From positions 1-64,000 of the forward strand of contig DASXQR010000059.1 in NCBI GenBank assembly GCA_036507075.1: 64,000 nucleotides of DNA, given 5' to 3'. Made by a program: the position numbers and the translations under genes. The notes under the pieces were generated by a model. That model was not told the origin of the DNA, ran no database searches, and worked only from the letters and a program-made list of their open reading frames with translations. The DNA comes from Acidobacteriota bacterium. GTDB lineage: Bacteria; Acidobacteriota; UBA6911; JACQSX01. This document shows positions 56,605-64,000 of this stretch, in pieces. Within the stretch, counting starts at the first letter, position 1, and every line of letters starts with the position of its first letter.

Positions 56605-58530
56605 ATGAGGATTCCTCGACCACGCCCGGTAGTGCTGCGTTACGCGATCGCCGCGGGGGCCATCGGCGTGGCGCTGCTGTTTCGGGAAGCGCCTTTTCTG
56701 GCGCTGCTCAGCGCGGTAATGGCCGCGGCGTGGTTTGGCGGGGCCGGTCCCGGCTTGGCCGCATCCGTGCTGGCAGCCATCGCAACATACCTGCTCTATC
56801 CTCCGCCACTGGCCGATGTTTCCCCGCTTGCGCACGGATTGAGAGTAGGCGTGCTCCTTGTCGAAGGACTGCTGATCAGCATGCTCATTCCAGCGCTCCG
56901 CACCGCGCGCAGGATCGCCGAAACAAGCCGAAAGGAGGCGCTCCGACACCGGGAAACGCTGCGTCAAAGTGAGCAGCGTTATCTGACTGTGGCAGAAACG
57001 GCATCCGACGCATTTGTCACATTTGATGCTCAAGGTACAATCCTGTTGGTGAACCGGGCTGCGGAGAAGATCTTCGGTTATTCAGTGCAGCAGATGACGG
57101 GCCAAAACATTTCGCTGCTCATACCCGGTTTCACGCCGCAGCGGCTCGCACCTGCTGCGCAAGAAGCTGCTCGCCAGGAACAAAAACCGTCTGAATGGGC
57201 CGGCAGGCATCGGACCGGTGACTCGATACCAGTCGAGATATCGTTTGCCGAGCACGGCACCAGGACATCTCAAACGTTTACCGGGATCATGCGCGATGTC
57301 ACCGACCGAAAACGGGCTGAAGAAGAGCGCGCGCACCTTTTGATCCGGGAAAAGCAGGCCCGACAGCAGGCGGAAGCTGCAAATCGCGGCAAGGATCAGT
57401 TCCTGGCGGTTCTTTCGCACGAGCTGCGAACGCCGCTGAATGCGATTCTCGGCTGGGCTCACATGCTGCGAAGCGGAAAGCTGGACCCAAAGTCCGCACT
57501 CCGCGGTTTTGACGCCATCGAGCGAAATGCCCGGGTACAGGCGGCGATCATCAATGACATTCTCGACGTATCGCGTATCATTGCCGGAAAATTCAGCATC
57601 GAAAAAAATCCTGTGGATCTCCCGGCGGTAATTGAGGCAGCGGTAGACGCTATTCGGCCAGCCGCTGAATCTAAGCGCATCATAGTCGATTGTCGCCTGA
57701 ACCGGACATCCACAGCCTTCGATGGCGACGCGCAGCGATTGCAGCAGGCTGTGTCCAATCTGCTGTCAAATGCGGTCAAATTTACGCCGGAAGGAGGACG
57801 CGTGACAGTCCTTCATGAGGTGCTGGATTCGGGCGTCCGGATTCGCGTATCCGACACCGGAGCGGGAATTCCCGCCGGCTTTCTCCCGCACGTGTTCGAC
57901 CGGTTCCGCCAGGGCAACATTTCTGTTGAAAACGCCAAGCACGGGCTCGGCCTTGGTCTTGCTATTGTCGAGCACGTGGTGAAACTCCACGGCGGCTCGG
58001 TGAAAGCCGAGAGTCGAGGCGAGGGCCAGGGGGCTTCTTTTACTGTCTCACTGCCGCTGATCCGGGAAAGAACGGGTGAGAGACCCGTTGGATCCGCGCG
58101 GCAAGCAGAAGAAATTTCTTCGCCGGGGTCAAGCCAGCTTTCCGAAACACTCCGTGGTATCCGCGTGTTGGTGGTGGATGATGAAGCGGATGCCCGTGAG
58201 CTGCTCAAGACCGTCCTGGAGATGAAGGGCGCCAGCGTGACGGCAGTCGATTCGGCTCCCGAGGCGCTAAAGGAGCTGCAACGCTTCCAACCACACGTGC
58301 TGCTCAGCGACATCGCCATGCCGGGCGAGGATGGTTATTCGCTGATTCGCAAGATCAGGGGACTTGTTCCTGAAAAAATCTCCGGCATTCCCGCCGCCGC
58401 GGTGACGGCATACGCACGCGACGAAGACCGGCGAAAGTCCTTTAGTGCCGGTTTTCAGATTCATCTTGCCAAACCAGTGGATCCAGCCGAGATCGTCAGC
58501 ACGGTGGCGCATCTGGCCGGCAGGCAGTAG
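56605..58530 (+). CDS. Membrane hybrid histidine kinase (DUF4118-like TM, PAS, HisKA, HATPase, REC)
   Basis: FLAVLSHELRTPLNAILGW, NLLSNAVKFT, DTGAGI, GLGLGL, VVDDE..LSDIAMP..KP. Confidence 0.92.
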   Translation: MRIPRPRPVVLRYAIAAGAIGVALLFREAPFLALLSAVMAAAWFGGAGPGLAASVLAAIATYLLYPPPLADVSPLAHGLRVGVLLVEGLLISMLIPALRTARRIAETSRKEALRHRETLRQSEQRYLTVAETASDAFVTFDAQGTILLVNRAAEKIFGYSVQQMTGQNISLLIPGFTPQRLAPAAQEAARQEQKPSEWAGRHRTGDSIPVEISFAEHGTRTSQTFTGIMRDVTDRKRAEEERAHLLIREKQARQQAEAANRGKDQFLAVLSHELRTPLNAILGWAHMLRSGKLDPKSALRGFDAIERNARVQAAIINDILDVSRIIAGKFSIEKNPVDLPAVIEAAVDAIRPAAESKRIIVDCRLNRTSTAFDGDAQRLQQAVSNLLSNAVKFTPEGGRVTVLHEVLDSGVRIRVSDTGAGIPAGFLPHVFDRFRQGNISVENAKHGLGLGLAIVEHVVKLHGGSVKAESRGEGQGASFTVSLPLIRERTGERPVGSARQAEEISSPGSSQLSETLRGIRVLVVDDEADARELLKTVLEMKGASVTAVDSAPEALKELQRFQPHVLLSDIAMPGEDGYSLIRKIRGLVPEKISGIPAAAVTAYARDEDRRKSFSAGFQIHLAKPVDPAEIVSTVAHLAGRQ

Positions 58531-58815
58531 GCAGCAGGCAGCAGGCAGTAGGCAGCAGGCAGCAGGCAGCAGGCTGCACACTAACCGAACCGCGCGCGTA
58601 AGCAAGCGGACCCGCGCATCTAGCGACTTCACAAAAATAAACGTTAGTAATCTCTCTGATTTCCCTGGCCCATTCTCCTCAGCCGCAAAACCAGAAGGGT
58701 TACCTGGGATGGTCCGCTTGCTTACGCGCGCGGTTCTGTTAGTGTGCAGCCTCCTGCCTGCTGCCTCCTGCCTGCTGCCTCCTGCCTACTGCCTCCTGCC
58801 TACTGCCTACTGCTT
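58518..58815. repeat. Inverted heptamer arrays (ggcagca)n/(ctgcctc)n enclosing a REP doublet
   Basis: gcaggcagtaggcagcaggcagc.. aaccgcgcgcgtaagcaagcggacc / ggtccgcttgcttacgcgcgcggtt ..ctgcctgctgcctcctgcct. Confidence 0.85.
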
Positions 58816-58829
58816 TCCGCTTTCCGGTC

Positions 58830-60566
58830 TCAGTCGATCCGAATATCGGGCGTGATCATCCACAAACGCGCGTCCTGAAGCGACTTGATCAGCGGAAGGT
58901 CCATCACGGAAGAAGGTTTGCTGCGCAATTGAGCCAGAGGGGAATCACCCGAAAACAGCAGCTCAAAGAGGCTCTTCTTTTTCGGATAGGTAACGAATCG
59001 GACTTTCTCGCCGGCGGGAATGTGGGCCAGTTGCTGTGCCTGCCGCAGCGCTTCATTGAAGCCGCCTATGGCGTCTATCAGCGAGCGGTCCTTCGCCTGC
59101 GTGCCCGACCATATGCGGCCGTGGGCGACCGGCTCGATAGTCTCAAACGGCTTCCTGCGGCCTTCGGCGGCTTTGGCGACAAAATCGTTATAGACGTGGC
59201 TCATCCACTCGCGGATTTGCTGCTCCTGTTCCGGGCTCAGGCTTTTGGTGAACGAAAAAATGTCGGCATTCTTTCCCGTCTTTACTTCATCAAATGTCAC
59301 TCCCAGCCAATCGAAGAATCCACGAGTATCCATCTTGCCAAAGACGACACCGATCGATCCGGTGATTGTCGAAGGTTCGGCCACAATGCGGTCGGCCGCC
59401 ATCGAAATGTAATAACCGCCCGAACCCGCCACATCTCCCATACTCACCACCACCGGTTTGCCCGCGGAGCGTGCTTCCCGCACTTCTCTCCAGATGACAT
59501 CCGAACCGACAGCGGAGCCGCCGGGACTGTCAACCCTAAGGATAATGGCTTTGATTGACTTGTCCTTGCGCAGGGTTCGTATATAACCGGCGACCGTATC
59601 TCCTCCGATCACCTCGTCCCAGGGGTCGCTTTCTCCCGAAGTGATCACGCCGCTGGCGAAGACCAGGCCGACTCGGCTCTTTCCGGACTCATCTGTTCCC
59701 ATCGCCTTGAGGTAACTCCGCACCGATATTGTGCGAAGTTCTTCGGAATCGTCCTTCTTGTCGGACTTGCCCCCCTCCTTTTTCAACTGATTCTCAAGCT
59801 CATGCCAGTAACCGGTGTCGTCTATCAGTCCGCGCTGTTTAGCTTCAGCGGCTGTGCTGAGGCCGCTTTCCATGAACGCGCGGATCTCCTGCTCGGACTT
59901 ATGCCGGGCGCTCGCCGCTGCGCGCACGAAATTGTTCTCGATGTCGCGCACCACATATTCAAGAGACTCGCGGAACTGCGGGGACATTTCCCGGCGCATA
60001 TAGGGTTCGGCCGCCGACTTGTATTCCTTAAACTGGATGAATTGCGGCTTGATATAAAGCTTATCCAGAGCCTTGCGGAAGAACGCCACCTCGGCATACA
60101 TGCCGTTGAGCATCAATGCCGTATCCGGATTCAACAGGATGCGTGAGGCAGGCAGGGCGAGAAAGTAATCTTTTTCACCCAGTGTTTCCACCGCGACCGA
60201 AGCGTAGACCGGCTTTCCTGACTTGCGAAACGCCGCCAGCGCGTCGTGAATTTCCTGAGCGCTTGCCCATCCGAGATTGTTCGGCCCGAGCTTCAGAATG
60301 ATGCCGCGAATCCTTTTGTCCTGCGATGCCTGGTCGACGGCGCGGCGCAAATCGTAGACGTTCGGCCTCCCCTCGTTAAACAAATCCTGAATCGGGTTGC
60401 TCACCGGGCCGTCCGTGATTTCGCCCTGCAATTCCACAACCAGGACCGAATTGGCTTTCACTTCGGGAGGCTTGGTAAAAGACCGAATCATCCAGAGCAC
60501 GCCCAACAGAACTGTAATGATGACCACCAACACAATCCCCAGAATCACAGCAGTGCGCCGTTTCAT
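58830..60566 (-). CDS. sppA: Signal peptide peptidase, long (67K-type) form
   Basis: N-terminal TM; YKSAAEP; LRVDSPGGS, SMGDVAGSGGYYI, TITGSIGV, GRIWSG. Confidence 0.93.
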   Translation of the reverse strand: MKRRTAVILGIVLVVIITVLLGVLWMIRSFTKPPEVKANSVLVVELQGEITDGPVSNPIQDLFNEGRPNVYDLRRAVDQASQDKRIRGIILKLGPNNLGWASAQEIHDALAAFRKSGKPVYASVAVETLGEKDYFLALPASRILLNPDTALMLNGMYAEVAFFRKALDKLYIKPQFIQFKEYKSAAEPYMRREMSPQFRESLEYVVRDIENNFVRAAASARHKSEQEIRAFMESGLSTAAEAKQRGLIDDTGYWHELENQLKKEGGKSDKKDDSEELRTISVRSYLKAMGTDESGKSRVGLVFASGVITSGESDPWDEVIGGDTVAGYIRTLRKDKSIKAIILRVDSPGGSAVGSDVIWREVREARSAGKPVVVSMGDVAGSGGYYISMAADRIVAEPSTITGSIGVVFGKMDTRGFFDWLGVTFDEVKTGKNADIFSFTKSLSPEQEQQIREWMSHVYNDFVAKAAEGRRKPFETIEPVAHGRIWSGTQAKDRSLIDAIGGFNEALRQAQQLAHIPAGEKVRFVTYPKKKSLFELLFSGDSPLAQLRSKPSSVMDLPLIKSLQDARLWMITPDIRID

Positions 60567-60795
60567 ATTCCCCTCCTGTCCCCATTATTGCCTAACATGG
60601 GTTCCAATACGAGCATCAAGCAGCTTTAGTTTCAACAAAATAGAGTAACGAACATGACCCGGCGGTCCGAGCCGACATTCCCGGGCAAGGGATGGGGTCG
60701 GTGGTCATTTTTACTTTTATGATTCTCTATGGTTGCGGGCGGCAGGAACTTTGCTATCATCCACTTGACCATTCCAAAATAACCGGGGAGTTTCT

Positions 60796-61758
60796 ATGAG
60801 AATCGGGCGTGCATGGCAGGTCGCGGTCGTACTGCTGTTCAGCGTTATCAGCGTTCTTGCTCAGAAAGAGGAGAAGGTCAGTCCTCAACCGGAGTGGGTA
60901 ATTTCCGTCGAGGATATGAAGATCAGGATCGAATCGATGCAGCTGATGTTTCTGGTGAGGGACGGAAACGGGAACCTGATTCAAAATCTCAAGGCCTCCG
61001 ATTTCCAGCTCACCGAAAACGGGGAGGTAAAGCAAATCTCCGTGGTTCAGCAGAGGGATATCCCGCTGAATGCCTGCATTATGGTCGATACGAGCTGGAG
61101 CATAGGATGGCTGGTGGATAACGTCGTGAAAACGGCTTCGCAGTTTTTCCAGGGCCTGACCAAGGACAAGACCTCGGTGGTTTATTTTTCCGAGCGGCCC
61201 CGGGTGGTGCGCGATTGGAGCACTCAGATTGATGATGTGCCGTTCCGAAATGTGAAGCTGGAAGGGCGCACCGCTCTGTATGACTCCCTGCTGTGGGTGA
61301 TGAATCAGCATTTCAAGGACGTATACGGGAAGAAACTGGTCTTCCTGATCACCGACGGAATCGACAATGCCAGCCGCGCCAGCATTCAGGAAGTTTTCAA
61401 AACGGCGCGTGAAAAGGGGATTGTGGTTTACGCCATCATGTATACCAACCCCGTTATTCAGAATCTGCGACAGCGGCTGCTGGTGGGAAAGAGCATCCGG
61501 GGAATCAGCAAGCCTTTGGAGCGAATCATCACGCTGCAGAACGCCTTTATTGAATCGACGCTGCGTCACGGAGGGCGAACAATTTTCTCCAACTCCTTTG
61601 CCGACATGGAGAATGTTTATCGCGGCGTAGTGGACGAAACAAAGAGCCAGTATGTTTTGACTTTCCCTATTCCCAAGCAGGAAGTCGACACGCGCGACAT
61701 CCGCTTTGTGATCAAACCGGAAATTCCGGGCCGGATTCTGGTGCAGGTCGGGCATTAA
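60796..61758 (+). CDS. VWA-domain secreted protein (acidobacterial VWFA type)
   Basis: Signal; VRDGNGNLIQNLKASDFQLTENG; VDTSWS MIDAS; GRTALYDSL; ITDGIDNAS; SQYVLTF. Confidence 0.85.
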   Translation: MRIGRAWQVAVVLLFSVISVLAQKEEKVSPQPEWVISVEDMKIRIESMQLMFLVRDGNGNLIQNLKASDFQLTENGEVKQISVVQQRDIPLNACIMVDTSWSIGWLVDNVVKTASQFFQGLTKDKTSVVYFSERPRVVRDWSTQIDDVPFRNVKLEGRTALYDSLLWVMNQHFKDVYGKKLVFLITDGIDNASRASIQEVFKTAREKGIVVYAIMYTNPVIQNLRQRLLVGKSIRGISKPLERIITLQNAFIESTLRHGGRTIFSNSFADMENVYRGVVDETKSQYVLTFPIPKQEVDTRDIRFVIKPEIPGRILVQVGH

Positions 61759-61817
61759 GAGAACTTTGATTCACCACAGAGGCACAGAGGACACAGGGAA
61801 CTTTCTGTGACCTCTGT

Positions 61818-61966
61818 ACTACTAACCCGGAGAATTTTCGCGGCCTGCGCAAATTATTCGGGGCGGAGAGACGGCCTGAGGGCCGTCTCAGCTTGGCAGG
61901 GCACCGCAGAGAGACGGCCCTCAGGCCGTCTCTCCTTGACTTTTGGTTGCGGCTTCGCCGCGCTAA
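61818..61966 (-). mobile_element. 149-bp non-autonomous palindromic element inserted into a 9-mer repeat (copy 2)
   Basis: Reverse complement of 641-790. It interrupts the right arm ctgtgacctctgt|gtctctgtggtgaa, whose intact partner ttcaccacagaggcacagaggacacag lies at 61770-61796. Confidence 0.78.
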
Positions 61967-62021
61967 GTCTCTGTGGTGAAAAAGTGGTTCGCCCCCAAGT
62001 TAAATTGCCCTCTTTAAACCC

Positions 62022-62099
62022 CATCCATTTTGGCTGATTGACAGAGCCCCGCTTACGCGGTACGGTATGCCTGTCAGGTCATCCATTACAGCCAAATGG
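62022..62099 (+). promoter_or_regulatory. Candidate promoter with MocR-type repeated boxes upstream of the regulator
   Basis: TTGACA at 62038 with tacggt 17 nt later; catccatt direct repeat (62022, 62080); tttggctg / cagccaaa inverted repeat. Confidence 0.5.
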
Positions 62100-63592
62100 T
62101 CATCCAATTGATCGCAAACTCAAAACAACCTGTTTACCGCCAGATCGCCGACGCCATTCAGCAACAAGTACGGCAAGGCCTGCTCAGGACCGGAGAGAAG
62201 CTTCCATCGACGCGCCAACTGGCCGATTCGCTGAAGGTAAATCGCACCACTGTTTGCCTGGCCTATGACCAGTTAAAGCAGCGTGGGTTCGTAGAATCAC
62301 ACGTAGGGCGCGGGACGCGAATCCTGGGTGGAGGGGAAAACGGCAAGGCTTCCCGAGGGGGCGACCTGGCTTGGGAGCAGTTGCTCTCTTCCGGCATGAA
62401 AACGCTTTTGCGCACGCTGGCGCCGCGCCGTGCCGATGCTGCTGACATTCAGGCTGATTTTTCCAGGTTGATACCTGATCAAAATCTTTTTCCCGTAGAG
62501 GCTTTCGAAGCGATCCTGAAATCGGTAATCCGAAAGCAGGGAGCCGGCCTGTTTCAGTATGGACCCGCGCTGGGACTTCCCGCTCTTCGATCGCTGATTG
62601 CACAACGCATGAAGCGGTGGGGGATCGCCGCCAGCGACTCGGAAATCATCATCGTCAACGGCGCGCAGCAGGGAATGGATCTGCTCTTCAAGGCCTTGAT
62701 CGAGCCGGGCGATGTAGTGGTTGTGGAATCTCCTACATACGCCAACATCTTGCCGCTGCTCGGATTTTATCGGGCGCAGGTGGTGGGCGTGAACATGACC
62801 AGCGGCGGGCTGGACCTGGAGGCTTTTCGCGCCATCGCGGCCCAGCGGGCGCCCAAGCTGATTTACACCATTCCGAACTTTCAGAATCCCACCGGCATCT
62901 GTACGTCGAGTTCTCATCGGCGTCATCTGCTCCGCATTGCCGAAGAGTTCAACGTTCCGATTCTGGAAGATGGTTACGAAGAGGATTTGCGAACCAGCGG
63001 CAGGGGCATACAACCGATCAAGGCGTCCGATCGTGCCGGGCACGTCATTTACCTGGGCACTTTTTCCAAAGGCTTGTTTCCGGGTTTACGGATCGGCTGG
63101 ATTGTGGCCAATCGCAGCTTGATTGAAACCCTCGGGGCCGCCAAATTCACAACCGACTACCACACCAGCCTGTTGCTTCAGGCGGCACTGGCCGAATTCC
63201 TGTCCCGCGGCCACTATGATCGCCACCTGAAGGGGCTTCAGAGAATCCTGGCTTCACGGCTGCAGGTCGCGATGTCGGCCATGAAGAAGCATTTTCCGCG
63301 AGGAGTTCACTGGACCTCCCCTGACGGCGGCTATTCGGTATGGATCACCGTGCCGGCAGGCGTTTCGGCCCGCCGCATCGCTGAGGAGGCGCAACGCGAA
63401 GGTGTGTTAATCACGGCCGGCGATTACTTCTTCAATTCATCGGACGATTGCTCGTCATTCCGCATGAGTGTTTCCACAGCAGATGAAAATCAGATTCGTG
63501 ACGGAATCGAGTTGCTGGGAAAAGTAATCGCGCGACAAATACAGGTTAGCCCGGGAACCGGGAGCATTGGTGGAGATTTACCGCATATCTAA
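62096..63592 (+). CDS. pdxR: MocR/GabR-family regulator (GntR wHTH + PLP aminotransferase domain), probable PdxR
   Basis: PVYRQIA..GEKLPSTRQLA..VNRTTV..AYDQL; GAQQG, IPNFQNPTG, EDGY, GTFSKGLFPGLRIGW. Lies directly upstream of pdxS. Confidence 0.8.
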   Translation: MVIQLIANSKQPVYRQIADAIQQQVRQGLLRTGEKLPSTRQLADSLKVNRTTVCLAYDQLKQRGFVESHVGRGTRILGGGENGKASRGGDLAWEQLLSSGMKTLLRTLAPRRADAADIQADFSRLIPDQNLFPVEAFEAILKSVIRKQGAGLFQYGPALGLPALRSLIAQRMKRWGIAASDSEIIIVNGAQQGMDLLFKALIEPGDVVVVESPTYANILPLLGFYRAQVVGVNMTSGGLDLEAFRAIAAQRAPKLIYTIPNFQNPTGICTSSSHRRHLLRIAEEFNVPILEDGYEEDLRTSGRGIQPIKASDRAGHVIYLGTFSKGLFPGLRIGWIVANRSLIETLGAAKFTTDYHTSLLLQAALAEFLSRGHYDRHLKGLQRILASRLQVAMSAMKKHFPRGVHWTSPDGGYSVWITVPAGVSARRIAEEAQREGVLITAGDYFFNSSDDCSSFRMSVSTADENQIRDGIELLGKVIARQIQVSPGTGSIGGDLPHI

Positions 63593-63625
63593 AATTGGCG
63601 AATTGTGTGTTTAAAATTGATTGGT

Positions 63626-63808
63626 GGTTAGGTTACGGGTTTCCGGGTTACGGGTTGACGGGTTGACGGGTTACGGGTTGCGGGTTGGAGTAGTTACGGA
63701 GTCAAGGTTGAAAATTGGTCGATGCCAATGGCGGTTACTACCGATCCAGTCCGCTCTAACCGGAACTCTTGCAACTCGTAACTCGTTAACCCGAAACTCG
63801 TAATCCGA
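63626..63808. repeat. Inverted heptamer arrays (ggttacg)n ... (cgtaact)n
   Basis: ggttacgggtttccgggttacgggttgacgggttgacgggttacgg ... gcaactcgtaactcgttaacccgaaactcgtaatccg. Confidence 0.85.
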
Positions 63809-63869
63809 GAGTCGAACTCAGCAATTTTGAATCTTGAACTTTCTAATTGATAGCGCGGAGGAATGAACC

Positions 63870-64000
63870 ATGGAGATCGGAACTTTGAAACTGAAGACCG
63901 GACTTGCCGAAATGCTCAAGGGTGGCACCATCATGGATGTCACCAATGCAGAACAGGCTAAGATCGCCGAGGATGCAGGCGCGGTGGCAGTAATGGCCCT
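63870..64000 (+). CDS. pdxS: Pyridoxal 5'-phosphate synthase lyase subunit, 3'-partial
   Basis: [43 protein letters not shown] with ggagg RBS; runs off the window end. Confidence 0.93.
   Translation, partial: MEIGTLKLKTGLAEMLKGGTIMDVTNAEQAKIAEDAGAVAVMA

Noticed and set aside
1..64000. Integron/attC cassette array as the explanation for repeat-bounded genes
   Set aside because: No integrase is present, genes lie in both orientations and include housekeeping functions, and the repeats lack consistent RYYYAAC/GTTRRRY boxes.
1..64000. tRNA (including selC), rRNA, prophage or transposase genes
   Set aside because: None was recognised by eye. A tRNAscan-SE/Infernal run would be needed to exclude small RNAs.

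Overview
This window looks like chromosomal DNA from an Acidobacteriota-like bacterium. That is an inference from the Oar-type TonB receptor, VWFA protein, tandem MacB permeases, DUF1592/DUF1552 pair and many Tat substrates. It holds about 40 mostly unlinked metabolic, transport and signalling genes, including msrQ, ligD-Pol, selD, moaA, nadA, a bacterial indoleamine 2,3-dioxygenase, glpD, sppA and pdxR/pdxS. Main observations: (1) Two genes are broken by an in-frame TGA exactly at their catalytic Cys, and each TGA is followed by a GTT-loop hairpin. One is selD (Sec17). The other is a stand-alone CTP-synthase-like glutamine amidotransferase (Sec94) that also lacks the His/Glu of the normal triad. 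Both are probable selenoproteins that the ORF track truncates or splits. (2) Most intergenic spaces hold non-coding inverted-repeat elements built from 6-, 7-, 8- or 9-bp tandem units, plus REP-like palindrome doublets. These elements nest inside one another. One 150-bp element is inserted twice at the same position of a 9-mer repeat with no target duplication. The repeats also supply C-termini to several proteins and abut two 5'-truncated genes. (3) Two unrelated secreted glycan-enzyme-like proteins end in RRRP-stop, a candidate sorting signal. (4) A Tat oxidoreductase, a Tat SelA/DgaE-like PLP enzyme and a secreted single-chain triple RidA sit together. No rRNA, tRNA, CRISPR array or transposase was seen. 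All calls come from reading the sequence; no database searches were run.
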